From NCBI GenBank assembly GCA_938091905.1, contig CALKOM010000121.1, positions 1 to 14,905 on the forward strand: a stretch of DNA of 14,905 bases, read 5' to 3'. Position 1 is the stretch's first letter. Each line of letters begins with the position of its first letter. Position numbers and translations under genes: made by a program. The stretch is from an uncultured Verrucomicrobiales bacterium (GTDB lineage Bacteria; Verrucomicrobiota; Verrucomicrobiia; Verrucomicrobiales; DEV007). A model generated the notes under the pieces. The model was given only the letters and a program-made list of their open reading frames with translations, was not told the origin of the DNA and did no database searches. This document shows, piece after piece, positions 7,561 to 14,905 of the stretch.

Positions 7561-10500
7561 ATGAACCAGACCCTACATCTTCTCGGCCTTAGTTTAGCGC
7601 TGACCGCTGGCGCGCAGGCGGCGCCTATTATCAACGAGGTCCTTTCCTCAAACCGGACCATCTTTGCAGACGAAGATGGCGACTTTGGCGATTGGGTGGA
7701 GATCTACAATCCAGATGCTGCCGCCTACAAACTAGATGGGCATTTCCTCACGGATTCAGCCAACGATTTTGAGAAATGGGAATTCCCGGATGTGGAGATT
7801 CCAGCTAAGGGGTATTTAGTCGTCTTTGCCTCGGGAAAAGATCGTCGCGATAAGGATAAGGCTCTTCATACAAGTTTTGGTGTTAGTGCGAGTGGAGAGT
7901 TCGTTGGTCTCATTGATCCCGATGCAGAGACCGTCGTGAGCAGTGTGGTCGTGCCGCCACTGGAGCGTGATCAAAGCTACATCGCAATAACGGATTCGGG
8001 GTCCATTAGCTATGAGGTCAGCAACGATCCCACACCGGAAGCAGAGAACGCGAACAACGTGGTGATCTTCTCCATTACAGGGCAGAGTTTCACGAATACG
8101 CTGACGGTAGAACTTTCCTCACCAAGTGGCAAACCGATTCGCTACACCGAGAACGGTCGGAAGGCGACACTCTTCGGTGGGAAAGATTACGACGGGTCGA
8201 TCACCTTGTCAGAGACAGCCATGATCGCTGCTTCGGTGAGTGGTGGTCCCGTGCGGACGGAGACCTTCATAAAGATTTCTTCCGGGTTGGCAAATCGCGA
8301 TTCAGATCTTCCGCTAGTCGTGGTGGACGCTACTGGTCGCCTTTCTCAGACGAGCTTTGAGGATATGGCGATTGGTGTGCTAGAGCCGGGAGAGAACGGG
8401 CGCACGTCGATCGTCGGTGATTTCAAGGCGAGTAGCCGGGGGGCCATCCGTACGCGCGGGGAGACTTCCAATAGCTTCCCGAAGAAGCCGCTGCGCTTTG
8501 AGTTTTGGAACGAAGATGGAGATGATCGGGATCTTGCCCTGCTTGGGATGCCTGCGGGTTCTGATTGGATACTGAATGCTCGCTACAACTTTGATAGGAC
8601 ACTTGTGCACAATGCGTGGATTTACGAGCTGAGTAATCAGATTGGCCGATATGCGCCTCGCACACGTTTTGTGGAGTTGTACCTCAATGATGACGACGGT
8701 GAAGAGATCACTGAAGACGATTATCAAGGAATCTACACGGTGGTCGAGAAGATCGAGCGCGGGTCTGGCCGAATTGAGGTCGAATCTATGCCTATAGAAG
8801 CGACCCAGGAACCTGAGATCGCTGGCGGCTACATCTTTCGTCATGATAAGACCGACCCAAACACTTGGGACTTTAACGGCGGTGGCGTCAGCATGCAGAT
8901 GATCTATCCGCCTGAGGAAGAGCGTAATGATCGTCGGCATCAACGAGACTGGATTGTAGATCATTTGAATCACCTGAGAGACACGATTCGCAATGGCTCG
9001 GATCCGATGAGTGGATATCCATCGGTCATTGATGAGACGGCCTGGATCGATCACCAGCTGCTGAACCTGCTTACGCTAAATGTGGATGCTCTTCGGTTGA
9101 GTGCCTATTTCTACAAAAGCCGCGAAGGTAAAGTGATCGCTGGTCCTGTGTGGGACTTTGACAGATCTGCTGGTGGCACGAGTGATGGTCGCATTGGCAA
9201 TGCCCTGACATGGCGCGGTGCTGGTGGAGATGAAGGCACGCACTTCTTTAGCAATATCGGATCGGGCGCTGCCGGCGGAACGCCGGTTTGGTGGCATGAT
9301 CTCTTTGAGAATCCGGACTTTCACACGGCTTGGGCAGATCGTTGGAATGAGCTTCGTCAGGACGAATTTAGCGACGAGAACATTGCCAATATCATTGGCG
9401 GCATGGGCGCCGAACTCGCAGAGTCCGCTGAACGGAATTTCGAAAAGTGGCCTGGGGCAAGCCCACGTTCGGCTAACCAGCTGACTTATTCAGATATCGG
9501 TGATCACGCGGGTGAGATCGAGCACATGATCGGATGGCTCCAGGCACGCGCCGAGTGGATCACGGAAGAAATCATCACGGTGCCGACGTTTCAAGCAGAC
9601 GCCGTTGTGAGCGATGGCCCGGTGACAGTCGACATTAACGCAGGGGGCTCACTCTTCGCACCTTCAGTCGTTTATTACACGACGGACGGGACGGATCCGC
9701 GAGCCCAGGGTGGTGAGCCGAGCGCCAACGCGGTTCTTTTAGACGAGGGTGTCACCCTAACAGAAACGACTCTGCTCACGGCACGCAAGAAAGACGACAA
9801 TTATAAGAAAGATAGGAACGGTCCTCCGCAGACCTGGAGTGCCGTTTCCGAAGCCCGCTTCTTTATTGGTGAGGAACCTGCGAGTTCCGACAATGTGGTT
9901 GTCTCAGAGATCATGTACAATCCCGCCGATCCAACGGCCGCTGAAGAGGCGGCTAGTTTTGACAACAATGATGACTTCGAGTTCGTCGAGTTGCTAAATG
10001 TTGGGTCTAAGACGGTGAGTCTGTCAGGGGCGCGATTGCGCGGAGATGCCGACTTTGATTTCCTAGAGGGCACGAGTTTGGAGCCAGGACAGCGTCTTGT
10101 GCTGGCCGGAGACATGGCAGCCTTTGCCAAGCGCTATGGAACGATGCTTCCTCCGCTTGGCGAATACACTGGTGGTCTTCCCAATAGTGGTGGTCGTCTA
10201 TTCTTACGTGCGCATGATCGGGCGACGATTCATGAGTTCTCGTACTCTGATGATGGCGACTGGCCCGAGGATGCGGACGGCGAAGGTAAGGCGCTTGTGC
10301 TACGAAACGAAACGAGTAACCCCGATCCGGCCCTAGCCAATAGCTGGAAAGCGGGAGCCAAGGATAACGGCACGCCAGGTACTGATGAGGCTGGCCAAGG
10401 CGGTGGTGGTGGTCCCGTGGAGCCAGGCACCGGCTTTTCTGACTGGTTAGCCGAGAACTTCTCTGTAGCCGAGCGCGCCGACACCGCGATCTCAGGACCC

Positions 10501-10827
10501 ACAGCGGATGTCGATGGCGATGGATTACAGACTCTTGCGGAATACCTGCTGGGTGGTGAGCCAAAGGTGTCTGATCCAGGCAGACTTCCAGCCATCTCGC
10601 GAGAAGATGACGTGCTCACCGTTCGCTACTCTCGAGTCAAAGGCCTAACGGATGTCAGCACTCAAGTCGAAACTTCCTTCGACCTAGAGATCTGGATGGA
10701 AGATGGTGGCCAGGTGAATGAAGTCAGTGTCATCGACAATGGCGACGGCACTGAAACGGTCACTATCCAAGACACTAATGCCGACGCCCGAGCCCGTTAC
10801 GCAAGACTCCGTGTCACGCAGAATTAG
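7561..10827 (+). CDS. Secreted CotH kinase-family protein with lamin-tail domains and chitobiase/Fn3-associated modules
   Basis: Signal peptide (...AGAQA|AP). LTD-like IINEVLSSN...DWVEIYN...YLVVFASG. RYTENG module. CotH motifs RTRGETS, KKPLRFE, DWIL, YAPRTRFVELYLN, YQGIY..VEKI and GPVWDFD. YYTTDGTDPR module. Second LTD VVSEIMYNP..FEFVELLN...GTPG. Gly linker, then a C-terminal domain with DVDGDG..EY ending YARLRV. Confidence 0.88.
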   Translation: MNQTLHLLGLSLALTAGAQAAPIINEVLSSNRTIFADEDGDFGDWVEIYNPDAAAYKLDGHFLTDSANDFEKWEFPDVEIPAKGYLVVFASGKDRRDKDKALHTSFGVSASGEFVGLIDPDAETVVSSVVVPPLERDQSYIAITDSGSISYEVSNDPTPEAENANNVVIFSITGQSFTNTLTVELSSPSGKPIRYTENGRKATLFGGKDYDGSITLSETAMIAASVSGGPVRTETFIKISSGLANRDSDLPLVVVDATGRLSQTSFEDMAIGVLEPGENGRTSIVGDFKASSRGAIRTRGETSNSFPKKPLRFEFWNEDGDDRDLALLGMPAGSDWILNARYNFDRTLVHNAWIYELSNQIGRYAPRTRFVELYLNDDDGEEITEDDYQGIYTVVEKIERGSGRIEVESMPIEATQEPEIAGGYIFRHDKTDPNTWDFNGGGVSMQMIYPPEEERNDRRHQRDWIVDHLNHLRDTIRNGSDPMSGYPSVIDETAWIDHQLLNLLTLNVDALRLSAYFYKSREGKVIAGPVWDFDRSAGGTSDGRIGNALTWRGAGGDEGTHFFSNIGSGAAGGTPVWWHDLFENPDFHTAWADRWNELRQDEFSDENIANIIGGMGAELAESAERNFEKWPGASPRSANQLTYSDIGDHAGEIEHMIGWLQARAEWITEEIITVPTFQADAVVSDGPVTVDINAGGSLFAPSVVYYTTDGTDPRAQGGEPSANAVLLDEGVTLTETTLLTARKKDDNYKKDRNGPPQTWSAVSEARFFIGEEPASSDNVVVSEIMYNPADPTAAEEAASFDNNDDFEFVELLNVGSKTVSLSGARLRGDADFDFLEGTSLEPGQRLVLAGDMAAFAKRYGTMLPPLGEYTGGLPNSGGRLFLRAHDRATIHEFSYSDDGDWPEDADGEGKALVLRNETSNPDPALANSWKAGAKDNGTPGTDEAGQGGGGGPVEPGTGFSDWLAENFSVAERADTAISGPTADVDGDGLQTLAEYLLGGEPKVSDPGRLPAISREDDVLTVRYSRVKGLTDVSTQVETSFDLEIWMEDGGQVNEVSVIDNGDGTETVTIQDTNADARARYARLRVTQN

Positions 10828-10850
10828 CGCATTTCTAGGCGGCTCTGCAT

Positions 10851-13800
10851 TTATCGTAACGTGACCATGTAGGCCATCAGGTCTCTAAGTTCACGCTTTG
10901 ATAGAATCGCGCCCATGGGCGGCATGGACGACATCGCCGGCGTGATGGTCTCGACTTGATCCAAGGCAATCACGTTGATATTGCCCGTGGGGTCTTTGAG
11001 GGTGTATTTGCGATCAGATTGCTCCACCAACGTCCCGGCGTGGGCGCTACCGTCGTTGAGGACGAGAGAAACCAGACCGTAGCCTTCGGAGATATCGGCC
11101 TGTGGAGCGATGAGTGATTCAAGGAGCTTCTCGGGGGACAATCGTTTCGCGACTTCTGTCAGATCAGGACCGATCTGGCCGCCCTTACCCTTGAACTCGT
11201 GACAACGGATACACTGCGCAACGATATTGGTTTGAAAGATCCCCCTGCCCGTGGTGCGATCTCCGCCTGCGATGAGCGTGGCCTCAACACCTTCGATCAA
11301 GGAAAGGGCTTCTGAGTCATTGCATGCCTGGATTGCTTCAATCAAGTCCAACTGAACCTCTGGGCGTCGCTTTCCTTCGGCGAGCTGCGCCGCCTCACGG
11401 CGCAGAATGTTGATTGCATTGATTTCTCCAAGAAGAGCATAGGCTTGCTGAGCCTCACGAAGATCCTGCTGTTGAATGGCTTCTTTGAGGAATCGAAGCG
11501 TGTCGGGAGACCTGGGTGCTTGCTGTGCCAGGTAACGATGAGCAACTTGGCGAAGCCTTGTTTCCTGCGATTTTGCGGCCTCCGACATTGACGCCTCGCC
11601 ACCTGGAGCATTTATCGCCACCAGTGCTTCCAATGCCTGCGCGCGGATTGCTGTGTCCTTGGTGTCTGGCTGGGAAAGTGCGATCACCTTCGGAATGCCG
11701 TTCCGATAGTTTGAGTTTACCACGAGATCGATCAGCGCGGGGGAAACGTCTTCAGCCAGTTTGGCAAAGTGCTTGTCGAGCGCTCGTGTCATGGCCTCCG
11801 GTGACCCAGTCTTGGCGACTCTGGCGAAACCAAGCACGCGATCCACCAGGAGATCGCGATGCCACGTGACGGCGAGTTGGAGGGCTTCCTCTTGCATCGC
11901 ACCTCGCGGATGCGTGCGTGTCGCAAAGGCTAGAAGCCTCTCCGCAGAAGCGCCATCGCCTAGCAAACGATTGGCATTGATAGAACGTCGGAGCAAAGGC
12001 TCCCGCTCAAGTTTGGTTGAGTTTAGCATCTCAGCGAGAGTCTGCAACGCGATCGGGCTTGGTGTCATCACATCGTGGATTCCTCGGGCCGCATCGACCA
12101 CGATGTTCTCGTCCTTGTCCTCAAGGAACTTGGCTAGCCCAGCATATTCGTTGGGATCTTCAAGAGTCTTTGTCTCCTCTGCCTTCTCATGAAGTCGCCG
12201 AATTCCAATCGTAGCAGCTAATCTCACATCGCTAGAGTCATGGTTGTGCTGATCGACGAGCAACTCTGGCCAGTCTCGAGCTGCCCCAGTCAACGCCTGG
12301 ACGCCTGCGTGACGACGAAAGACGTCCTCACTGCCATTCGCGGCGATGAACTGGGTGATATCCTTGATGTCTTTCGGTCCAGCGAGATGATGCAATGCCA
12401 GGCCTGCCTGCATACGCACGCGTGGGTTGGAATCGAACAATGCACGTTTCACAAGATCGAGGGCATAGCCTGACCGCGTATCTCCGAGTGCTCGAATGAT
12501 CTGTTCGCGAAGCTGAGGGTCTTTGTGAGAAGCCAAGCTTGCCAACCCTTGAAGAGACTCGCCATCTCGGGTGCGGGTCAAGTGGGCGCACCCCCAGATG
12601 GCATGAATGCGTGCCAGTGTTCTTGAATCTGTGAGTGCGGTTTGACGGAGGATGGTAAAATCACCTCGTTGGACAATCTCATTCTGCGCTGCCAGCCGCA
12701 CGCGTTGGTCGGGATCACCCAACCATTCGAGCAGTTGACCTTCTGTCATCCGCCGACGATCAGCGGCAAGGCGTCTATGCGTTTGTTCTCGTAGCGGATG
12801 GCGATCTGCAGCGGGCACGTCGAGTTTGAGAATGCGCCCATTCTTGTGGGGCACCCACTTATTCTCACCCCAGTCAGCTGCATAGAGAGCCCCGTCCGGA
12901 CCAAAGTTGATACCCACGAGCATCTGGCCCCCAAAGATTACCTCGGGTGCCATCATGCGATAGCCCGCGCCCTCTGGCTCAGCCCGAAAGGCTTGCAACC
13001 GCTTCCCTGGAAACTCGGTTAGAAAGAAATGCCCCTCCAAAGCTTCGCTCAAGGCCGTCCCCGGATTGTAGGTGAATCCCGCAGGACCCTCCGAAAAGTT
13101 GGCGATGCACGGTGTGATATTCGCAGCCTGACCGTAGAAATAAGGTTTTGATAGATTCTCGGCTGATAAGGCATTGTAGCCGGCCACGTCGCCCAGTTTC
13201 TTGTTGTTCCGATACTGGTAGTAGGAACGCCAGCCTGAATCACTGCCTTCTAGCAGATAGTGAAAGCGCTCGCCGTCTCCAAAGTCTCCATCGTTATCCA
13301 CCACGAACAGATGGCCAAACTCGTCAAAGGCCAACTCCTGAGGATTGCGCAGCCCTTTGGCAAAGACTTCGAAGTTTGTCCCGTCCGGCTCGCAACGCAG
13401 AACGGCACCATGATAAGGGAAATGATGGTGACCGCCGTTTGAATCGGTCACACTGAAGGCCTTGTCGCCTATGGACCAGTAGATACGCCCATCAGGCCCC
13501 GCCGTGAGGCCGTGCATATCGTGACCGCCATAACCAATGTGCAAACCGAAGCCCGTGACCGCTTCTTTACTCTCATCAGCGATGCCATCGTCATCGGTAT
13601 CACGCAACTGCCAGAGACTGGGAATGATCGTGGTATATACACTATCTCCATGAGCCAGGACACTACCTGCGAGCCCCGTGATCTCTGAGTTGAACCCGTC
13701 GGCGAAGACCACCTTCCGATCCGCCTCACCATCCTGATCGTTGTCTTCCAACATCAGAATCAACTCGCTGGGAACCGTAAGGTCTTGCCAGTCGACCACG

Positions 13801-14114
13801 CCATCAGCATTGGCATCGCCCACCGCACCATCCTTGAATCGCTCTTTCAAAAGTCTGCGCTTATCCTCGATGCTCTGGGCATTAAAGGTCTCTATTACCC
13901 AATCCATGTGCTTACGAATATCGACCGCCCCATAGGTTCGGCGATTCGTCTGCGTGACAAAGACGCGCCCACGGTCATCCACGCTCACACCAACGACACT
14001 TCCCACCATCCCTTGCGGTGCGAAAGCCGTGGCCTCGAGTTGCGTCTCGGCTGCCTGAAGGTGACCGATAGCGAAGACAATCAGAAATAGAAGCGAGTTG
14101 AGGTGACTATGCAT
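10851..14114 (-). CDS. PVC-type heme-binding CxxCH protein (putative dehydrogenase: N-terminal beta-propeller, HEAT repeats, C-terminal cytochrome c)
   Basis: Signal peptide (...GHLQA|AE). Propeller motifs HGLTAGPDGRIYWSIGD, GLRNPQELAFDEFG, DNDGD and FGPDGALY. HEAT-like repeats DPDQRVRLAAQ, DPQLREQIIRALG, DSNPRVRMQA. CIRCH at 11213-11199 followed by GGQIGPDLT, LLESLIAP and distal SSMPPM. Architecture is that of the TIGR02604/TIGR02603-type proteins of Planctomycetes and Verrucomicrobia. Confidence 0.9.
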   Translation of the reverse strand: MHSHLNSLLFLIVFAIGHLQAAETQLEATAFAPQGMVGSVVGVSVDDRGRVFVTQTNRRTYGAVDIRKHMDWVIETFNAQSIEDKRRLLKERFKDGAVGDANADGVVDWQDLTVPSELILMLEDNDQDGEADRKVVFADGFNSEITGLAGSVLAHGDSVYTTIIPSLWQLRDTDDDGIADESKEAVTGFGLHIGYGGHDMHGLTAGPDGRIYWSIGDKAFSVTDSNGGHHHFPYHGAVLRCEPDGTNFEVFAKGLRNPQELAFDEFGHLFVVDNDGDFGDGERFHYLLEGSDSGWRSYYQYRNNKKLGDVAGYNALSAENLSKPYFYGQAANITPCIANFSEGPAGFTYNPGTALSEALEGHFFLTEFPGKRLQAFRAEPEGAGYRMMAPEVIFGGQMLVGINFGPDGALYAADWGENKWVPHKNGRILKLDVPAADRHPLREQTHRRLAADRRRMTEGQLLEWLGDPDQRVRLAAQNEIVQRGDFTILRQTALTDSRTLARIHAIWGCAHLTRTRDGESLQGLASLASHKDPQLREQIIRALGDTRSGYALDLVKRALFDSNPRVRMQAGLALHHLAGPKDIKDITQFIAANGSEDVFRRHAGVQALTGAARDWPELLVDQHNHDSSDVRLAATIGIRRLHEKAEETKTLEDPNEYAGLAKFLEDKDENIVVDAARGIHDVMTPSPIALQTLAEMLNSTKLEREPLLRRSINANRLLGDGASAERLLAFATRTHPRGAMQEEALQLAVTWHRDLLVDRVLGFARVAKTGSPEAMTRALDKHFAKLAEDVSPALIDLVVNSNYRNGIPKVIALSQPDTKDTAIRAQALEALVAINAPGGEASMSEAAKSQETRLRQVAHRYLAQQAPRSPDTLRFLKEAIQQQDLREAQQAYALLGEINAINILRREAAQLAEGKRRPEVQLDLIEAIQACNDSEALSLIEGVEATLIAGGDRTTGRGIFQTNIVAQCIRCHEFKGKGGQIGPDLTEVAKRLSPEKLLESLIAPQADISEGYGLVSLVLNDGSAHAGTLVEQSDRKYTLKDPTGNINVIALDQVETITPAMSSMPPMGAILSKRELRDLMAYMVTLR

Positions 14115-14526
14115 AAAAGAAGAATGGCGCTGCGATGAGACCGGTGTTTGTCATCGTGGTAGGACTGAAACCCTCGCTATGAAGGATGGACTCAGCCCTT
14201 TCCGGTTTTCGGCCACTGCCCCTACTCAGAGTTGTACCTGATCCGCAGAAGCTTGCTCCCTACGCCGCAACCCTCCGCATCTCATTCCAATTCTTGAATG
14301 TAAGCCATCATTCGCTCCCATTGGCATTCATGTGCGGTTCCTACAAGACTTTCTAATCCAAGCAACGCCATCTTGGTCCGTCGTGAGCGCCTTAAGACCT
14401 AGCGAACTCTAAAATGAACTGCCAGAGAGACCTTGCAAAGAGCCTGCGATTGTCACAGGGCTATCCTGAAAGTCTACCAACTCAATCGAGGATTTCAGAA
14501 TCCCTAAGAAGGTCAAACATATCCTC

Positions 14527-14790
14527 TAATTCAGATTTAAAACTTTATAGGAATATGTTAGAATATTGCAAGCATGGTCAAAACGCTACGCGCGATTATC
14601 GCTTGGCATTTAGCTAGAAACTACTGCTCGCAAAATAGACGCACTGTCGCGAGATTACTCTAGATGACATTTCGGCTATCCTTGAGGTCCGGATCAAGGC
14701 ATGGCACAATCTGAATGGTGCTGGGGAATTGGAGAGTATGGGCATTACTCACGATTCAATACACTAGGGCTAATCCATTAATTCAGATTT
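14527..14790 (+). repeat. 12-bp perfect direct repeat TAATTCAGATTT at 14527-14538 and 14779-14790
   Basis: Two identical copies 252 nt apart, read directly from the sequence. A 9-bp inverted copy (AATCTGAAT) occurs at about 14708-14716. Confidence 0.6.
14639..14767 (+). pseudogene. N-terminal remnant of a GNAT-family acetyltransferase
   Basis: Reads THCREITLDDISAILEVRIKAWHNLNGAGELESMGITHDSIH*, matching the GNAT beta1-alpha1 pattern 'xRExxxxDIxAIxxVR...GIT'. It is preceded in frame by TAG (ATAG-ACG, an apparently broken ATG) and truncated before the acetyl-CoA motif. Confidence 0.55.
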
Positions 14791-14851
14791 TTACCCAAGT
14801 GCTTATAGCCCAGAGGTTTAGAAACGATTCGAAGTGAGAAGCTTTACGCTC

Positions 14852-14883
14852 GCGGCGGAGTTCCAATCTTGTCCACCGCCCCA
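14852..14883 (+). pseudogene. Degenerate tRNA remnant (tRNA-Gly-like T-arm, acceptor strand and CCA)
   Basis: GAGTTCCAATCTTGTCCACCGCCCCA resembles a bacterial tRNA-Gly 3' end (GAGTTCGARTCTCGTnnnCCGCTCCA). It is directly preceded by GCGGCGG, which pairs at 6 of 7 positions with CCACCGC like an acceptor stem. D and anticodon arms are absent. Confidence 0.5.
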
Positions 14884-14905
14884 TTCTAGCAAAGACGTTT
14901 TCAAT

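Noticed and set aside
8380..9054. 224-aa antisense ORF inside the CotH gene
   Set aside because: It lies entirely opposite a well-supported CDS, has no recognisable motifs, and is consistent with a codon-bias shadow ORF.
10007..10619. 185-aa and 129-aa antisense ORFs in the 3' part of the CotH gene
   Set aside because: Arg/His/Ser/Pro-rich shadow translations overlapping a real gene.
10828..10850. Expected bidirectional terminator between the convergent large genes
   Set aside because: The 23-nt gap has no stable hairpin or U-tract.
14132..14157. Inverted repeat CGATGA...TCATCG upstream of the heme-protein gene
   Set aside because: Only 6-7 bp arms with a long spacer and no U-tract. It could be an operator but cannot be distinguished from chance.
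14524..14562. CTCTAAT...GTTAGAA as a possible integron attC site
   Set aside because: Too short, the R'' box lacks AAC, there are no L boxes, and no integrase or cassette array is present.
14414..14617. 67-aa plus-strand ORF from the ORF track
   Set aside because: Ser/Arg-rich with no recognisable family or RBS, and located in decayed AT-rich DNA; not supportable as a CDS.
1..14905. CRISPR array, rRNA, intact tRNA, transposase or integrase
   Set aside because: No regularly spaced repeats, full cloverleaf or recombinase motifs were seen in the window.

Overview
Bacterial chromosomal segment, probably Verrucomicrobiota (PVC superphylum). That placement is inferred from a PVC-type heme-c/HEAT dehydrogenase, a CotH/lamin-tail secreted protein with a Verrucomicrobia-style C-terminus, and pyrimidine-rich starts lacking a Shine-Dalgarno motif. 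The core is housekeeping: a minus-strand tsaC(Sua5)-ROK-uvrB cluster diverges from a plus-strand aroK-queG-menA cluster. Two large convergent secreted-protein genes follow. Both ends of the window contain decayed DNA that the ORF track misses. On the left is a frameshifted, internally deleted M56/BlaR1-like pseudogene with a PDZ-like tail, followed by a GTAG-type REP doublet. On the right is an AT-richer region with a GNAT gene remnant bracketed by a 12-bp direct repeat and a collapsed tRNA-Gly-like remnant. Protein-level oddities are a ~44-aa insertion and basic tail in UvrB and a Cys-free ROK zinc motif. No complete novel multi-gene system is evident. All assignments come from motif recognition by eye; no database search was run.
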